Positions 10,204-19,804 of a DNA stretch of 64,000 nucleotides are shown piece by piece. The position numbers were made by a program, and so were the translations under genes. Within the stretch, counting starts at the first letter, position 1. Each line of letters opens with the position of its first letter. Origin of the DNA: an uncultured Pelagibacteraceae bacterium (lineage in GTDB: Bacteria > Pseudomonadota > Alphaproteobacteria > Pelagibacterales > Pelagibacteraceae); contig CACGBZ010000003.1 of NCBI GenBank assembly GCA_902571425.1, positions 13,091-77,090 of the forward strand, in the 5' to 3' direction. The notes under the pieces are model-generated. The model had not been told where the DNA came from. It searched no databases and was given only the letters and a program-made list of their open reading frames with translations.

Positions 10204-11642
10204 TAAGCCACTCTTTTTTCCACTTTAGATTTACTCTCTAGATAAGTTTTAATTGAAGCTGCTGCATCTCTTCCATCTTTTATCGCCCAAACAACTAATG
10301 AAGCTCCTCTAACTATATCACCAGCAGCAAAAACCCCTTTTATATTTGTTTCCATGGTATCAAAATCTGTTTTAATAGTTCCCCACTTTGTTACTTGTAA
10401 TTCACTACTATCAAATAAATTTGGTAAATCCTCAGGATCAAAACCTAGTGCTTTGATAACCATATCTGCTTTTGTTTCGTAACTTGAGCCTTCTTGTACT
10501 TGTGGCTTTCTTCTTCCTGTTTCATCTGGATCACCTAATTTAATTTGATCTACAATTATTTTTTCTACTTTATTTTTACCTTTAAATTCTTTAGGACTTG
10601 ATAACCAAACAAACTCAACACCTTCTTCTTCTGCGTTTGCAACTTCTCTAGCAGATCCTGGCATATTTTCTTTATCTCTTCTATACAAACATTTAACAGA
10701 TTTTGCCTTCTGCCTTATAGAGGTTCTTACACAATCCATTGCTGTGTCACCTCCACCGATTACAACAATATCTTTACCTTCTGCGTTTAAAATTCCCTTA
10801 TCAAACAACTCAACATCATCTCCTAGACCTTTTTTATTAGATGCTGTTAAAAAATCCATTGCAGGAAAAATATTATCAAGATCATTTCCAGGTAAGTTTA
10901 CTTCTCTTGCTTTATAAACTCCTGTAGCAATTAAAATTGCATCATGTTTTTTTCTCAATTGGTCTAGACTTGCATCCTTACCAACTTCAAAATTTTGAAC
11001 AAATTCAATTCCTCCATCCTTTAAGAGTTTTGTTCTTCGCTCTACAACTTCTTTTTCTAATTTAAAATTTGGAATTCCATAAATTAATAATCCTCCTGCT
11101 CTATCATATCTATCGTAGACAGTTATTTTATACCCATTTTTTCTTAATTGTTCTGCAGCAGCTAAACCAGCAGGACCTGCTCCTATAATTCCTACGCTTT
11201 GATTTTTTTCATTCTTTACCTTAATTGGTTTTACCCAGCCCTGAGCCCAAGCATTATCTGTAATATATTTTTCTACTGATCCAATAGTTACTGTTCCATG
11301 ACCAGACTGTTCAATTACACAATTTCCCTCGCATAATCTATCTTGGGGGCAAATTCGGCCACACACTTCAGGCATATTGTTTGTGCTTTGGGATAATTCA
11401 TACGCCTCTTTTAATCTTCCCTCTGCTGATAGTTTAAGCCAATCTGGAATGTTATTACTTAAAGGACAATGAACTTGGCAAAAAGGTACTCCACATTGCG
11501 AACACCTACTCGACTGTTCTTTGGCTTTTTCATTGATATATTCGTCATAAATTTCTTTGAAATCTTTCTTTCTCGTATCAACTTCTCTTTTAGGTGGAGT
11601 TTGTTGACCTATTTTAACAAATTTGAGCATTTTATCGGGCAT
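10203..11642 (-). CDS. gltD: Glutamate synthase small subunit (NADPH)
   Basis: Fe-S Cys clusters (..CSQCGVPFCQVHCP.., ..CGRICPQDRLCEGNC..) plus two Rossmann motifs (GIIGAGPAGLAAA, VVIGGGDTAMDC). Overlaps the gltB start by 1 nt. Confidence 0.96.
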   Translation of the reverse strand: MPDKMLKFVKIGQQTPPKREVDTRKKDFKEIYDEYINEKAKEQSSRCSQCGVPFCQVHCPLSNNIPDWLKLSAEGRLKEAYELSQSTNNMPEVCGRICPQDRLCEGNCVIEQSGHGTVTIGSVEKYITDNAWAQGWVKPIKVKNEKNQSVGIIGAGPAGLAAAEQLRKNGYKITVYDRYDRAGGLLIYGIPNFKLEKEVVERRTKLLKDGGIEFVQNFEVGKDASLDQLRKKHDAILIATGVYKAREVNLPGNDLDNIFPAMDFLTASNKKGLGDDVELFDKGILNAEGKDIVVIGGGDTAMDCVRTSIRQKAKSVKCLYRRDKENMPGSAREVANAEEEGVEFVWLSSPKEFKGKNKVEKIIVDQIKLGDPDETGRRKPQVQEGSSYETKADMVIKALGFDPEDLPNLFDSSELQVTKWGTIKTDFDTMETNIKGVFAAGDIVRGASLVVWAIKDGRDAAASIKTYLESKSKVEKRVA

Positions 11643-11699
11643 AATTTTATTTAAGTTTTGGCAAAATATACCCTGATTTATGTATATAAAGCATAAAAT

Positions 11700-11718
11700 A
11701 GGTCATATATATTGACCT
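11700..11718. promoter_or_regulatory. Perfect inverted repeat AGGTCA-N7-TGACCT in the divergent gltD/uppP spacer (candidate operator)
   Basis: Read directly: aggtcatatatattgacct, centred about 67 nt upstream of the gltD ATG. A second repeat GCATA-N5-TATGC lies at 11763-11777. Confidence 0.3.
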
Positions 11719-11825
11719 TAATTTTTAAATTATTACCGCCAATTAACACGTTTTTAATTATTGCATAGCTATTATGCTTAAATCGAATTGTTTTAAATAA
11801 ATACTTTATAAGTTACGAAGAAACA

Positions 11826-12590
11826 ATGTTTCAAAATATTATAGAAGTTTTAATTCTCTCTGCAATTCAAGGAATATCAGAATTTCTTCCTATTAGTTCT
11901 TCTGCTCATTTAATTTTGGTTTCTACTTTATATGAATTTAAATCTAGTTCTTTGCTTATTGATATTAGCCTCCATCTAGGTTCACTAATAGCTATAATTT
12001 ATTTTTTTAAAGATGAATTGTTTGATATCAGAAAAAATAAAAGAATTTTAAATTTAATTGTATTAGGATCTATTCCATTAATAATTGTTGGATACATACT
12101 TTATAGTACGAATTTAATTTATCAGTTAAGAAATTTAGAAGTCATTGCTTGGACTACTTTAATATTCGCAATTATTTTATACATCTCAGACAAAAATCGA
12201 TTTGATAAAAAAATTTCTTCAAATTTAAATTTTCAGTCAATAATATTTATAGGTGTTTTCCAAATTTTCTCTCTTGTACCCGGAGTGAGTAGGGCAGGAA
12301 TTACTATAACAGCTGCGAGAATTTTAAAATTTAATAGAGTAGATTCAAGTAAAATATCTTTTTTACTTTCAATCCCAGCATTAGCTGGAGCTAGTGTCTT
12401 AAGCTTGAAAGATGTTTTTGAACAATCAATTCAGTTTAATTACTTAGTTGTTATCGCAATTATATCTTCTTTTATTTTTTCTTTTCTAACAGTTAAATTC
12501 TTCTTAATTTATATAAATAAATTTTCAATGAATGCGTTTGTAATTTATAGAATAATAATTGCTTTAATTTTATTTAGTTTAATTTATTAA
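11826..12590 (+). CDS. uppP: Undecaprenyl-diphosphatase
   Basis: BacA/UppP motifs EFLPISSSAHL and PGVSRAG; polytopic membrane protein. Confidence 0.92.
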   Translation: MFQNIIEVLILSAIQGISEFLPISSSAHLILVSTLYEFKSSSLLIDISLHLGSLIAIIYFFKDELFDIRKNKRILNLIVLGSIPLIIVGYILYSTNLIYQLRNLEVIAWTTLIFAIILYISDKNRFDKKISSNLNFQSIIFIGVFQIFSLVPGVSRAGITITAARILKFNRVDSSKISFLLSIPALAGASVLSLKDVFEQSIQFNYLVVIAIISSFIFSFLTVKFFLIYINKFSMNAFVIYRIIIALILFSLIY

Positions 12591-13480
12591 GTATATTTCT
12601 TTTTAATTAAAGGTAATAATTGAGACAAGAGAACTCCACATAGAATAAAAAAGCATCCAAGTAAATTATTAACATCTAGAATTTGATTTAAAATAAACCA
12701 AGCAGCTATAGTCGCAAATACACCTTCAAGAGAAAAAATTATAGCTGCAGGTGCTGGAGTAATATTACGCTGGGCATAAATTTGCAATACAAATGCAAAT
12801 CCACCAGATAATATACCTGCATATAAAATTGAATAAATTTCCATTAAAATATTACTTAAAATAAATTCTTCATAAATAATTCCAATTATAAATGAAAAAA
12901 TAGCCACTATTAAAGTCTGCGCAGCTCCTAAAGTAAGTGGTAGATTGTATTTAGTTATAATGATCCCAGTAAAAATGATATGAGTACTCCAAAATAGAGC
13001 TCCGAGAACAACTAAAGTATCTCCTAATCTTACTGTTGCATCATGAAAATTTGTTAATAAATATCCTCCAATTAAACATAGAACTACAGAAGGCCATACA
13101 CTCCAATGCATTGATTTTTTACCAAACAAAAAAATGATAATCGGTACCATTGGAACATAAAAAATTGTAAAAAAAGCAGCATTTGCAACGTCTGTATAAA
13201 GCAAAGCAACTTGTTGTAGTGCTGAGCCTAAGAATAAAGAAATTCCAATTAATAATGAATAAATTATGAAAGTTTTTTTATCTAATTTAAATTCTGATTT
13301 AAAATTTTTTAATTCAAATAAAATCATAAGTGGAATTATGGCTAGAAAACCAACAAAAAACCTCACAGCATTAAATGTAAAGGGACCAATATTGTCCATA
13401 CCTGTGTCTTGGGCAATAAAAGTTGTGCCCCAAATGAAAGTACAAAATAAAGCACTAAATAACGAGATGGTTTTAGACAT
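12587..13480 (-). CDS. EamA/DMT-superfamily transporter
   Basis: 297 aa, about 10 predicted TM helices in two EamA-like halves. Substrate unknown. Confidence 0.75.
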   Translation of the reverse strand: MSKTISLFSALFCTFIWGTTFIAQDTGMDNIGPFTFNAVRFFVGFLAIIPLMILFELKNFKSEFKLDKKTFIIYSLLIGISLFLGSALQQVALLYTDVANAAFFTIFYVPMVPIIIFLFGKKSMHWSVWPSVVLCLIGGYLLTNFHDATVRLGDTLVVLGALFWSTHIIFTGIIITKYNLPLTLGAAQTLIVAIFSFIIGIIYEEFILSNILMEIYSILYAGILSGGFAFVLQIYAQRNITPAPAAIIFSLEGVFATIAAWFILNQILDVNNLLGCFFILCGVLLSQLLPLIKKKYT

Positions 13481-13486
13481 ATCTGA

Positions 13487-14749
13487 TTAAACAGCTAATT
13501 TATAAGCAAAATTTTTGCCTAAATTTTCTTTTAGATCATTATTAAACCTAGCTGCTTCTGCACCATCAATAATTCTATGATCATAAGATAATGAAATTGG
13601 AAGCATAGTTCTAGTTTGAAACTTCCCATTAATAAAAATTTGTTTTTTTTCTGATCTACCTACTCCTAATATTGCAACTTCAGGATAATTAATTATAGGT
13701 GTAAAAAATGAACCTCCTATACCACCTAAACTCGTAATCGTCATCGAGCCGCCAAACAATTCTTTTTTATCAATTTTTAAATTTCTACAAAGTTCGCTTA
13801 CCTCTTTTAATTCTTTACTTATCAGAGAAATTTTTTTGTTATTTGCATTTCTTATTTTTGGAACCATTAATCCGTTTGGCGTATCAACTGCTATCCCAAT
13901 ATGGTAATATTTTTTTAAAGTCATTTTTCCAGTCTCAATTTCATCTATAGAGGAATTAAAGCTAGGAAATTTCTTAAGAGATGCAACTAAAGCCTTTATT
14001 ATAAATGCTAGAGGTGTAATTTTAATTTTTTCTCCAGTATACATATCTGTTAATGAACTTCTAAAACTTTCCATCTCTGTTATGTCGGCTTCATCATGAT
14101 TTGTAACATGAGGAATTGTTGTCCATGAATTTGTAAGATATTTTGATGATAATTTTTTTACTCTTGGTATATCTTTTGTTTCTATTTCACCAAAATCAGA
14201 ATGTTCAAATTCGTTTTTAATTTTATCTGGTTTACTATCTTTTACTACAACATTGTTTTTTGAATTAGATGAAACAAATTTTTTAATATCATCTTCAACA
14301 ACTCTGCCATCTTTTTGACTTCCTGCTACTTGATTAATATCTACACCAAGTTCTCTAGCAAATTTTCTAGCTTTTGGACTTGCAGCTGAAATGTCTGAAA
14401 TATTATTTTTAGAAAATGTTTTTTCTTGGATTTCAGGTTTTATCGCCTCAATATTTTTTGACTCTTTTTCAATTTCTGGTTTTTCTTTAACCTCTTCCTT
14501 TTTAACTTCTGTATCATTATCTAAAGTTAAAATTAAGTTGCCCTCAGAAACTTTGTCTCCTACTTTTATTTTTAAATTTTTAATTTTACCTTCTAAATTT
14601 GATGGTATTTCTACGCTAGATTTATCACTTTCAATTGTTATTAGGGGATCATTTTTTTTAATTGATTGACCTTCGGTAACTAATACCTCAATAACCTCAA
14701 CATCTTTAAAATCTCCAATATTAGGTACTTTAATCTCAGTTTTTGACAT
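13487..14749 (-). CDS. aceF: Pyruvate dehydrogenase E2 (dihydrolipoamide acetyltransferase), single lipoyl domain
   Basis: Lipoyl domain (..TIESDKSSVEIPS..), peripheral subunit-binding domain (..SPKARKFARELGVDINQV..), catalytic domain with SLSYDHRIIDGAEAARF. Confidence 0.93.
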   Translation of the reverse strand: MSKTEIKVPNIGDFKDVEVIEVLVTEGQSIKKNDPLITIESDKSSVEIPSNLEGKIKNLKIKVGDKVSEGNLILTLDNDTEVKKEEVKEKPEIEKESKNIEAIKPEIQEKTFSKNNISDISAASPKARKFARELGVDINQVAGSQKDGRVVEDDIKKFVSSNSKNNVVVKDSKPDKIKNEFEHSDFGEIETKDIPRVKKLSSKYLTNSWTTIPHVTNHDEADITEMESFRSSLTDMYTGEKIKITPLAFIIKALVASLKKFPSFNSSIDEIETGKMTLKKYYHIGIAVDTPNGLMVPKIRNANNKKISLISKELKEVSELCRNLKIDKKELFGGSMTITSLGGIGGSFFTPIINYPEVAILGVGRSEKKQIFINGKFQTRTMLPISLSYDHRIIDGAEAARFNNDLKENLGKNFAYKLAV

Positions 14750-17700
14750 TATAATTTTGTTGGCATTGGTTTGTTAGTATCAATATTATACTTCTTCATT
14801 GCATCTTTTGCATGTTTGGAAGTAATAAGCTGTTCTTTTGCTAAAATACTTAAACCATAAGCAACCAAATGTTCTTTATCTACCTCAAAAAATTTTCTTA
14901 AATTTTTTCTTGTATCACTTCTTCCAAAACCATCTGCTCCTAATGAATAAAAGCTTTTATTAGTATAAGGTCTGATTTGATCTGAATTCATTCTCATATA
15001 ATCAGATGCAGCCATAATTGGGCCCTCTGTTTGGCCCAGGCATTGCTCAACATAAGATTTTTTAGGTTCTTTATCAGGATTCAAAAGATTAAATCTTTCT
15101 ACCTCCATTCCATCTTTTCTTAATTCATTAAAACTTGTTACACTCCATATCTCACTGTCAATTTGATAATCATTTTGCAAAATCTCTGCAGCAGACATCA
15201 TTTCTCTTAAGATTGTTCCTGATCCTAAAAGTTGGATTTTAGTTTTTTTGTATTTGTTAAATTCTTTTATTTTATACATACCCTTTAAAATGCCTTCCTC
15301 ACAATTTTTATCTTTTGGCATTTCTGGGTGTGAGTAATTTTCATTCATTGTTGTAATATAATAAAAAACATTCTCATTTTTCTCATGCATTCTTCTTAGA
15401 CCTTCTCGAAAAATTACCGCTAATTCATAATGAAATGTAGGATCATAAGTTACACAATTTGGAATAGTTGCTGCAATTAAATGACTATGTCCATCCTGAT
15501 GTTGTAAGCCTTCTCCAGCTAATGTTGTTCTTCCAGCTGTTGCACCTACCAAAAATCCTCTAGCCTGACTATCCCCAGCTGCCCAAGCTAGATCTCCTAT
15601 TCTTTGGAAACCAAACATTGAATAAAAAATATAAATTGGGATCATTTCGATATCATGATTAGTATATGCGGTGGCAGCAGCAATCCATGAAGACATAGCA
15701 CCTGCTTCATTGATACCTTCCTCTAAAACTTGACCACTTTTATCTTCTCTATAAGAACTTAATTGAGCTGCATCCTCAGGTTCATATTTTTGTCCTTCAT
15801 GAGCATAAATCCCTATTTTTTGAAAAAATCCTTCCATGCCAAACGTTCTGGCTTCATCAGGAATAATAGGAACCAGTCTAGGAGATATATTTTTATCCCT
15901 TAATAAATTAGTTAGCATTCTCACAAGTGCCATAGTAGTAGACATTTCTTTTTCACCAGTTGATACTTTCATAAAATCAAAAATATCTTTGGTTGGTGCT
16001 TTGATTGGTTTAGCGAAAGTTGAACGTTCGGGTAAATATCCACCTAATTTAATTCTTCTGTCTTTTATGTATTTTATTTCTGGAGATTTTTCGTCAGGCC
16101 TAAAATATTCAATATTTCTCACTTGTTCATCTGTTAAGGGAACATCAAATCGATCTCTATAGTACATCAAGTCATCAACATCTAATTTTTTCGTTTGATG
16201 AGTAGTATTTACACTTTCACCAGATTTTCCCATTCCGTAACCTTTAATAGTTTTAGCGATAATTACAGTTGGACTTCCTTGATTTTTAGTTGCTTTATCA
16301 TATGCGGCAAAAACTTTATGAGGATCATGTCCGCCTCTGTTTAGCCGCCATATATCTTTATCAGACATGCTTGAAACTAATTCCAATGCTTCAGGAGATT
16401 TCCCAAAAAACTTTTCTCTTACATAGGCACCGTCTCTTGCTTTCATTGCTTGGTATTCACCATCTACGGTTTCATTCATAATTTTTATTAAGTGACCAGT
16501 TTTATCATTACCAAGCAATGAGTCCCAGTATGACCCCCAAATAACTTTAATTACATTCCAACCAGTACCTCTGAAACTTCCCTCAAGCTCTTGAATAATT
16601 TTTCCATTACCTCTAACGGGACCATCTAATCTTTGAAGGTTACAATTTATTACAAATATTAAATTATCTAAATTTTCTCTTGCAGCCAGCCCAATTGCTC
16701 CCATTGACTCAGGCTCATCCATCTCACCATCGCCTAAAAAGGCCCATACTTTTCTTCCTTCATCTTTAATCAAACCTCTATTGATTAAATATTTCATGTA
16801 TCTAGCTTGATATATAGCAAGCATAGGACCTAACCCCATAGATACTGTGGGGAACTGCCAAAAATTTGGCATTAACCAAGGGTGTGGATATGACGATAGA
16901 CCCCCAGGTTTTACCTCTTGTCTGAAACTATCTAATTGTTTTTCATTTAATCTACCTTCTAAGAAAGCTCTTGCATACATTCCTGGAGCACTATGTCCTT
17001 GAAAATAAATTAAATCTCCACCAAATTTGTTATTTTTTGCTCTCCAAAAATGATTCATCCCAACATCATATAATGTTGCAGCAGATGCAAATGTACCAAT
17101 GTGTCCACCAAGCTCAGGATATTTTTTATTTGCTCGAACTACCATTGCTGCTGCATTCCATCTAATCAACGATCTTATTCTTCTTTCAATATTTTGATCG
17201 CCACCAGACTTTACTTCAGCCTCAGGAGGTATTGTGTTAATGTATGGTGTATTTTGAGTATAAGGAATATTTGCTCCTTCACGATAAGCTTTGTTAATTA
17301 GTTCTTTAATTAAAAAATGAGCTCTTTGATTTCCATCTTTCGAAATAACTGCAGATAAAGACTCCAGCCAATCTTGAGTTTCAAGTGGATCAATATCAGA
17401 CCCATTAACTACTTGAATTGTAGATTGTTTTTTTTCAATTATAGGTTCAGATATAATTTTTTTTTCCTCTTTTTTTTCAGCCATTGCTTCTTCAGCTTGT
17501 TTAATTATATTTTCTGTATCTTTTGGAAGGGTGCTTTCTGATGATGTTTTTGATGATGGTGTAAGATTAAGCAACAAATCTCCCTTAGAAACTTTATCAC
17601 CAACTTTAACTGCTAAACTATCTACTTTTCCAGCAATGGTAGAAGGAATTTCAACACTTGATTTATCACTTTCAATTGTGACTATTGGATCATTTTGTTT

Positions 17701-17787
17701 AATTTGATCGCCGGGTTTTACAAGAATCTCTATAACTTCAACATTTTCAAAGTCACCAATGTCAGGAACAAGTAATTTTTCGCTCAT
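14749..17787 (-). CDS. aceE: Pyruvate dehydrogenase E1, homodimeric AceE type, with an extra N-terminal lipoyl domain
   Basis: aa ~130-1012 match AceE by eye (..ERRIRSLIRWNAAAMVVRANK..GGHIGTFASAATLYDVGMNHFW..YFQGHSAPGMYARAFLEGRL..). aa 1-76 form a lipoyl domain with the DK motif. Stop overlaps the aceF start (TAATG). Confidence 0.92.
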   Translation of the reverse strand: MSEKLLVPDIGDFENVEVIEILVKPGDQIKQNDPIVTIESDKSSVEIPSTIAGKVDSLAVKVGDKVSKGDLLLNLTPSSKTSSESTLPKDTENIIKQAEEAMAEKKEEKKIISEPIIEKKQSTIQVVNGSDIDPLETQDWLESLSAVISKDGNQRAHFLIKELINKAYREGANIPYTQNTPYINTIPPEAEVKSGGDQNIERRIRSLIRWNAAAMVVRANKKYPELGGHIGTFASAATLYDVGMNHFWRAKNNKFGGDLIYFQGHSAPGMYARAFLEGRLNEKQLDSFRQEVKPGGLSSYPHPWLMPNFWQFPTVSMGLGPMLAIYQARYMKYLINRGLIKDEGRKVWAFLGDGEMDEPESMGAIGLAARENLDNLIFVINCNLQRLDGPVRGNGKIIQELEGSFRGTGWNVIKVIWGSYWDSLLGNDKTGHLIKIMNETVDGEYQAMKARDGAYVREKFFGKSPEALELVSSMSDKDIWRLNRGGHDPHKVFAAYDKATKNQGSPTVIIAKTIKGYGMGKSGESVNTTHQTKKLDVDDLMYYRDRFDVPLTDEQVRNIEYFRPDEKSPEIKYIKDRRIKLGGYLPERSTFAKPIKAPTKDIFDFMKVSTGEKEMSTTMALVRMLTNLLRDKNISPRLVPIIPDEARTFGMEGFFQKIGIYAHEGQKYEPEDAAQLSSYREDKSGQVLEEGINEAGAMSSWIAAATAYTNHDIEMIPIYIFYSMFGFQRIGDLAWAAGDSQARGFLVGATAGRTTLAGEGLQHQDGHSHLIAATIPNCVTYDPTFHYELAVIFREGLRRMHEKNENVFYYITTMNENYSHPEMPKDKNCEEGILKGMYKIKEFNKYKKTKIQLLGSGTILREMMSAAEILQNDYQIDSEIWSVTSFNELRKDGMEVERFNLLNPDKEPKKSYVEQCLGQTEGPIMAASDYMRMNSDQIRPYTNKSFYSLGADGFGRSDTRKNLRKFFEVDKEHLVAYGLSILAKEQLITSKHAKDAMKKYNIDTNKPMPTKL

Positions 17788-17913
17788 TTTTAAATGTTTT
17801 ATATACCCAAAAAAACATTATTGGATTTTATTTTATCACATTAATAAGGTTTTTTCGTTAATCTTATATTTTTATTATACAAAAAATAAAAAAATAAATG
17901 AATATTAAGCTTT

Positions 17914-19104
17914 TTAGCTTCTCTCAATACACATAGCTATTCCCATACCACCGCCAATACAGAGTGCCGCACAACCTTTTTTTTTATCTTGCTTAATCAT
18001 TTCATGGACAAGTGTAACCAAAATTCTTGCCCCAGAAGCTCCAATTGGATGACCTAAGGCAATTGCTCCTCCATTAACATTAACGTTTTGTTCAGGAATT
18101 TTTAATTCTTCAATTACCGCAATACTTTGTGCTGCAAAGGCTTCATTAATTTCAAATAAGTCTACTTCATCTATTTTCCAATTTGCTTTAGATAAAGCTT
18201 CTTGAATTGAGGGTATAGGTCCCAATCCCATTAATGAAGGCTCAACCCCACAAGTAGCCCAAGATACAATTTTAACTAATGGCTCTAATGATTTTTTTTC
18301 TGCTTGTTCTCTAGACATTAAAACTAAGGCTGCAGCACCATCGTTTATGCCTGAGGAATTTCCAGGTGTTACAGTCCCATTTTCTTTGAATACTGTTTTT
18401 AATTTTTTTAAATCATCTATACTTAAATTTTCTCTAGGATGTTCATCTTTTTCAAAAATAAATTTTTTATCACCATCTTCAATTTGTAATTTAATCAGCT
18501 CGTCCTGAAATTTATTTTCTCTATATGCTTTTTCTGTTTTTTTCTGGGAATTTAAAGAAAAATTATCTTGTTCATCTCTTGAAATTTTATATTTATCGGC
18601 AACATTCTCAGCTGTGACACCCATATGATAATCATTAAATGAATCTAGCAGACCATCTTTTATCATTGTATCTACTAATTTATTTTCAGAAAATTTTTTA
18701 TCTTCTCTATAATAAATTGCATGAGTTGCTCTAGACATATTTTCTTGACCACCTGCAATTACAATTTGGTTTTCTCCTAACTTAATTGATTGATATCCCG
18801 ATACAACAGATCTTAATCCAGATCCACAGACTTGATTAACAATGTGGGCAGGTTTTGAAACTGGTACTCCGGCACCAATTGAAGCTTGCCTAGCGGGATT
18901 TTGACCAAGTCCAGAGGTTAAAACGTGGCCCATAATCACTTCATCGATCTCCTCCTCTATATCTAATTTTGATTTATAAATTACTTCTTTAATTACTATT
19001 GAACCTAATTTAGATGCGCTGAGATTTTTTAATGAACCTTTATATCTTCCAATTGGGGTTCTTAATGCTGAAGTAATTACAACATCGTTAGAGTTTTTGC
19101 TCAT
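17914..19104 (-). CDS. Acetyl-CoA C-acetyltransferase (thiolase II)
   Basis: Thiolase signatures VNQVCGSGLRS, NVNGGAIALGHPIGASGARIL, CIGGGMGIAM. Confidence 0.95.
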   Translation of the reverse strand: MSKNSNDVVITSALRTPIGRYKGSLKNLSASKLGSIVIKEVIYKSKLDIEEEIDEVIMGHVLTSGLGQNPARQASIGAGVPVSKPAHIVNQVCGSGLRSVVSGYQSIKLGENQIVIAGGQENMSRATHAIYYREDKKFSENKLVDTMIKDGLLDSFNDYHMGVTAENVADKYKISRDEQDNFSLNSQKKTEKAYRENKFQDELIKLQIEDGDKKFIFEKDEHPRENLSIDDLKKLKTVFKENGTVTPGNSSGINDGAAALVLMSREQAEKKSLEPLVKIVSWATCGVEPSLMGLGPIPSIQEALSKANWKIDEVDLFEINEAFAAQSIAVIEELKIPEQNVNVNGGAIALGHPIGASGARILVTLVHEMIKQDKKKGCAALCIGGGMGIAMCIERS

Positions 19105-19177
19105 AAAGTAATTAACATAATATTTTATAAGTTAAATTACATCAAAAACTTTGATATATGGAATATATTATTTAAAT

Positions 19178-19254
19178 GGACCGCTGGCCAAATTGGATAA
19201 GGCGCTCGGCTACGAACCGGGAGATTCCAGATTCGAGTTCTGGGCGGTCCACCA
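19178..19254 (+). tRNA. tRNA-Arg (anticodon ACG), CCA encoded
   Basis: Cloverleaf read by hand: acceptor GGACCGC/GCGGTCC, anticodon stem CTCGG/CCGGG with loop CTACGAA, T arm CCAGA-TTCGAGT-TCTGG, discriminator A, CCA. Confidence 0.93.
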
Positions 19255-19268
19255 ACAAGGAAATGGAA

Positions 19269-19367
19269 ATGTTTAATTGGCTTTTAAAAGCATCTTTACA
19301 AAAATCAGTAATTTATTTTTTTATAATTATTTTTATTATTTTATTAATTTTAACTTTTGTATTATAA
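19269..19367 (+). CDS. Tentative 32-aa single-TM peptide (MFNWLLKASLQKSVIYFFIIIFIILLILTFVL)
   Basis: AAGGAA lies 6 nt upstream of the ATG. It fills the 119-nt gap between tRNA-Arg and the thioesterase gene. Hydrophobic peptides arise easily by chance in AT-rich DNA. Confidence 0.25.
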   Translation: MFNWLLKASLQKSVIYFFIIIFIILLILTFVL

Positions 19368-19373
19368 AAAATT

Positions 19374-19799
19374 ATGAGCAAAGAATTTGAGCAAATAAGT
19401 ATTAAACCTGGATTTATGAAACACAATGGGGGTGTTTTATTTAGAACTATTTCAGAGACCGAATACGAATTTAAATCTATAATTAGTGAAAACCATTTAA
19501 ATGCTGCAGGAATAACTCACGGAGGCTATTTATCCGCATTAATAGATGCAGGAGCGGGAACAGCTGCACACAGAGCTGCAGGAAATGCTCCATGTGTAAC
19601 TATCTCTTTAGATATAAAATTTATAGGCGCTTCAAAAGTTGGAGATGAAATTATTGGAAATACAAAAATTTTAAAAAAAACAAATACTCTTGTCTTTTTA
19701 TTTTGCGAGCTAAAGTGTAATGATAAAATAATTACTTCTGCATCTGGAGTATGGAAAATTATTAAAATAAAGCCTTCCAATTTAGGACCAGGAGGATGA
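19374..19799 (+). CDS. PaaI/4HBT-family hotdog-fold thioesterase
   Basis: 141 aa; ..NAAGITHGGYLSALIDAGAG.. is typical of PaaI-type thioesterases. Confidence 0.8.
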   Translation: MSKEFEQISIKPGFMKHNGGVLFRTISETEYEFKSIISENHLNAAGITHGGYLSALIDAGAGTAAHRAAGNAPCVTISLDIKFIGASKVGDEIIGNTKILKKTNTLVFLFCELKCNDKIITSASGVWKIIKIKPSNLGPGG

Positions 19800-19804
19800 A
19801 CAGT

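Noticed and set aside
19258-19271. The 12-mer GAAATGGAAATG is shared between the tRNA-Arg downstream region and the pnp leader (55598-55609, minus strand).
   Set aside because: It is a low-complexity purine repeat that includes an SD-like GGAA and a start codon. A single shared 12-mer in AT-rich DNA is not enough to claim a common element.
19176-19367. 63-aa track ORF starting upstream of and running through tRNA-Arg.
   Set aside because: Its first ~26 codons are the tRNA-Arg gene itself. Only the distal 32-34 codons were kept, as a low-confidence small ORF.
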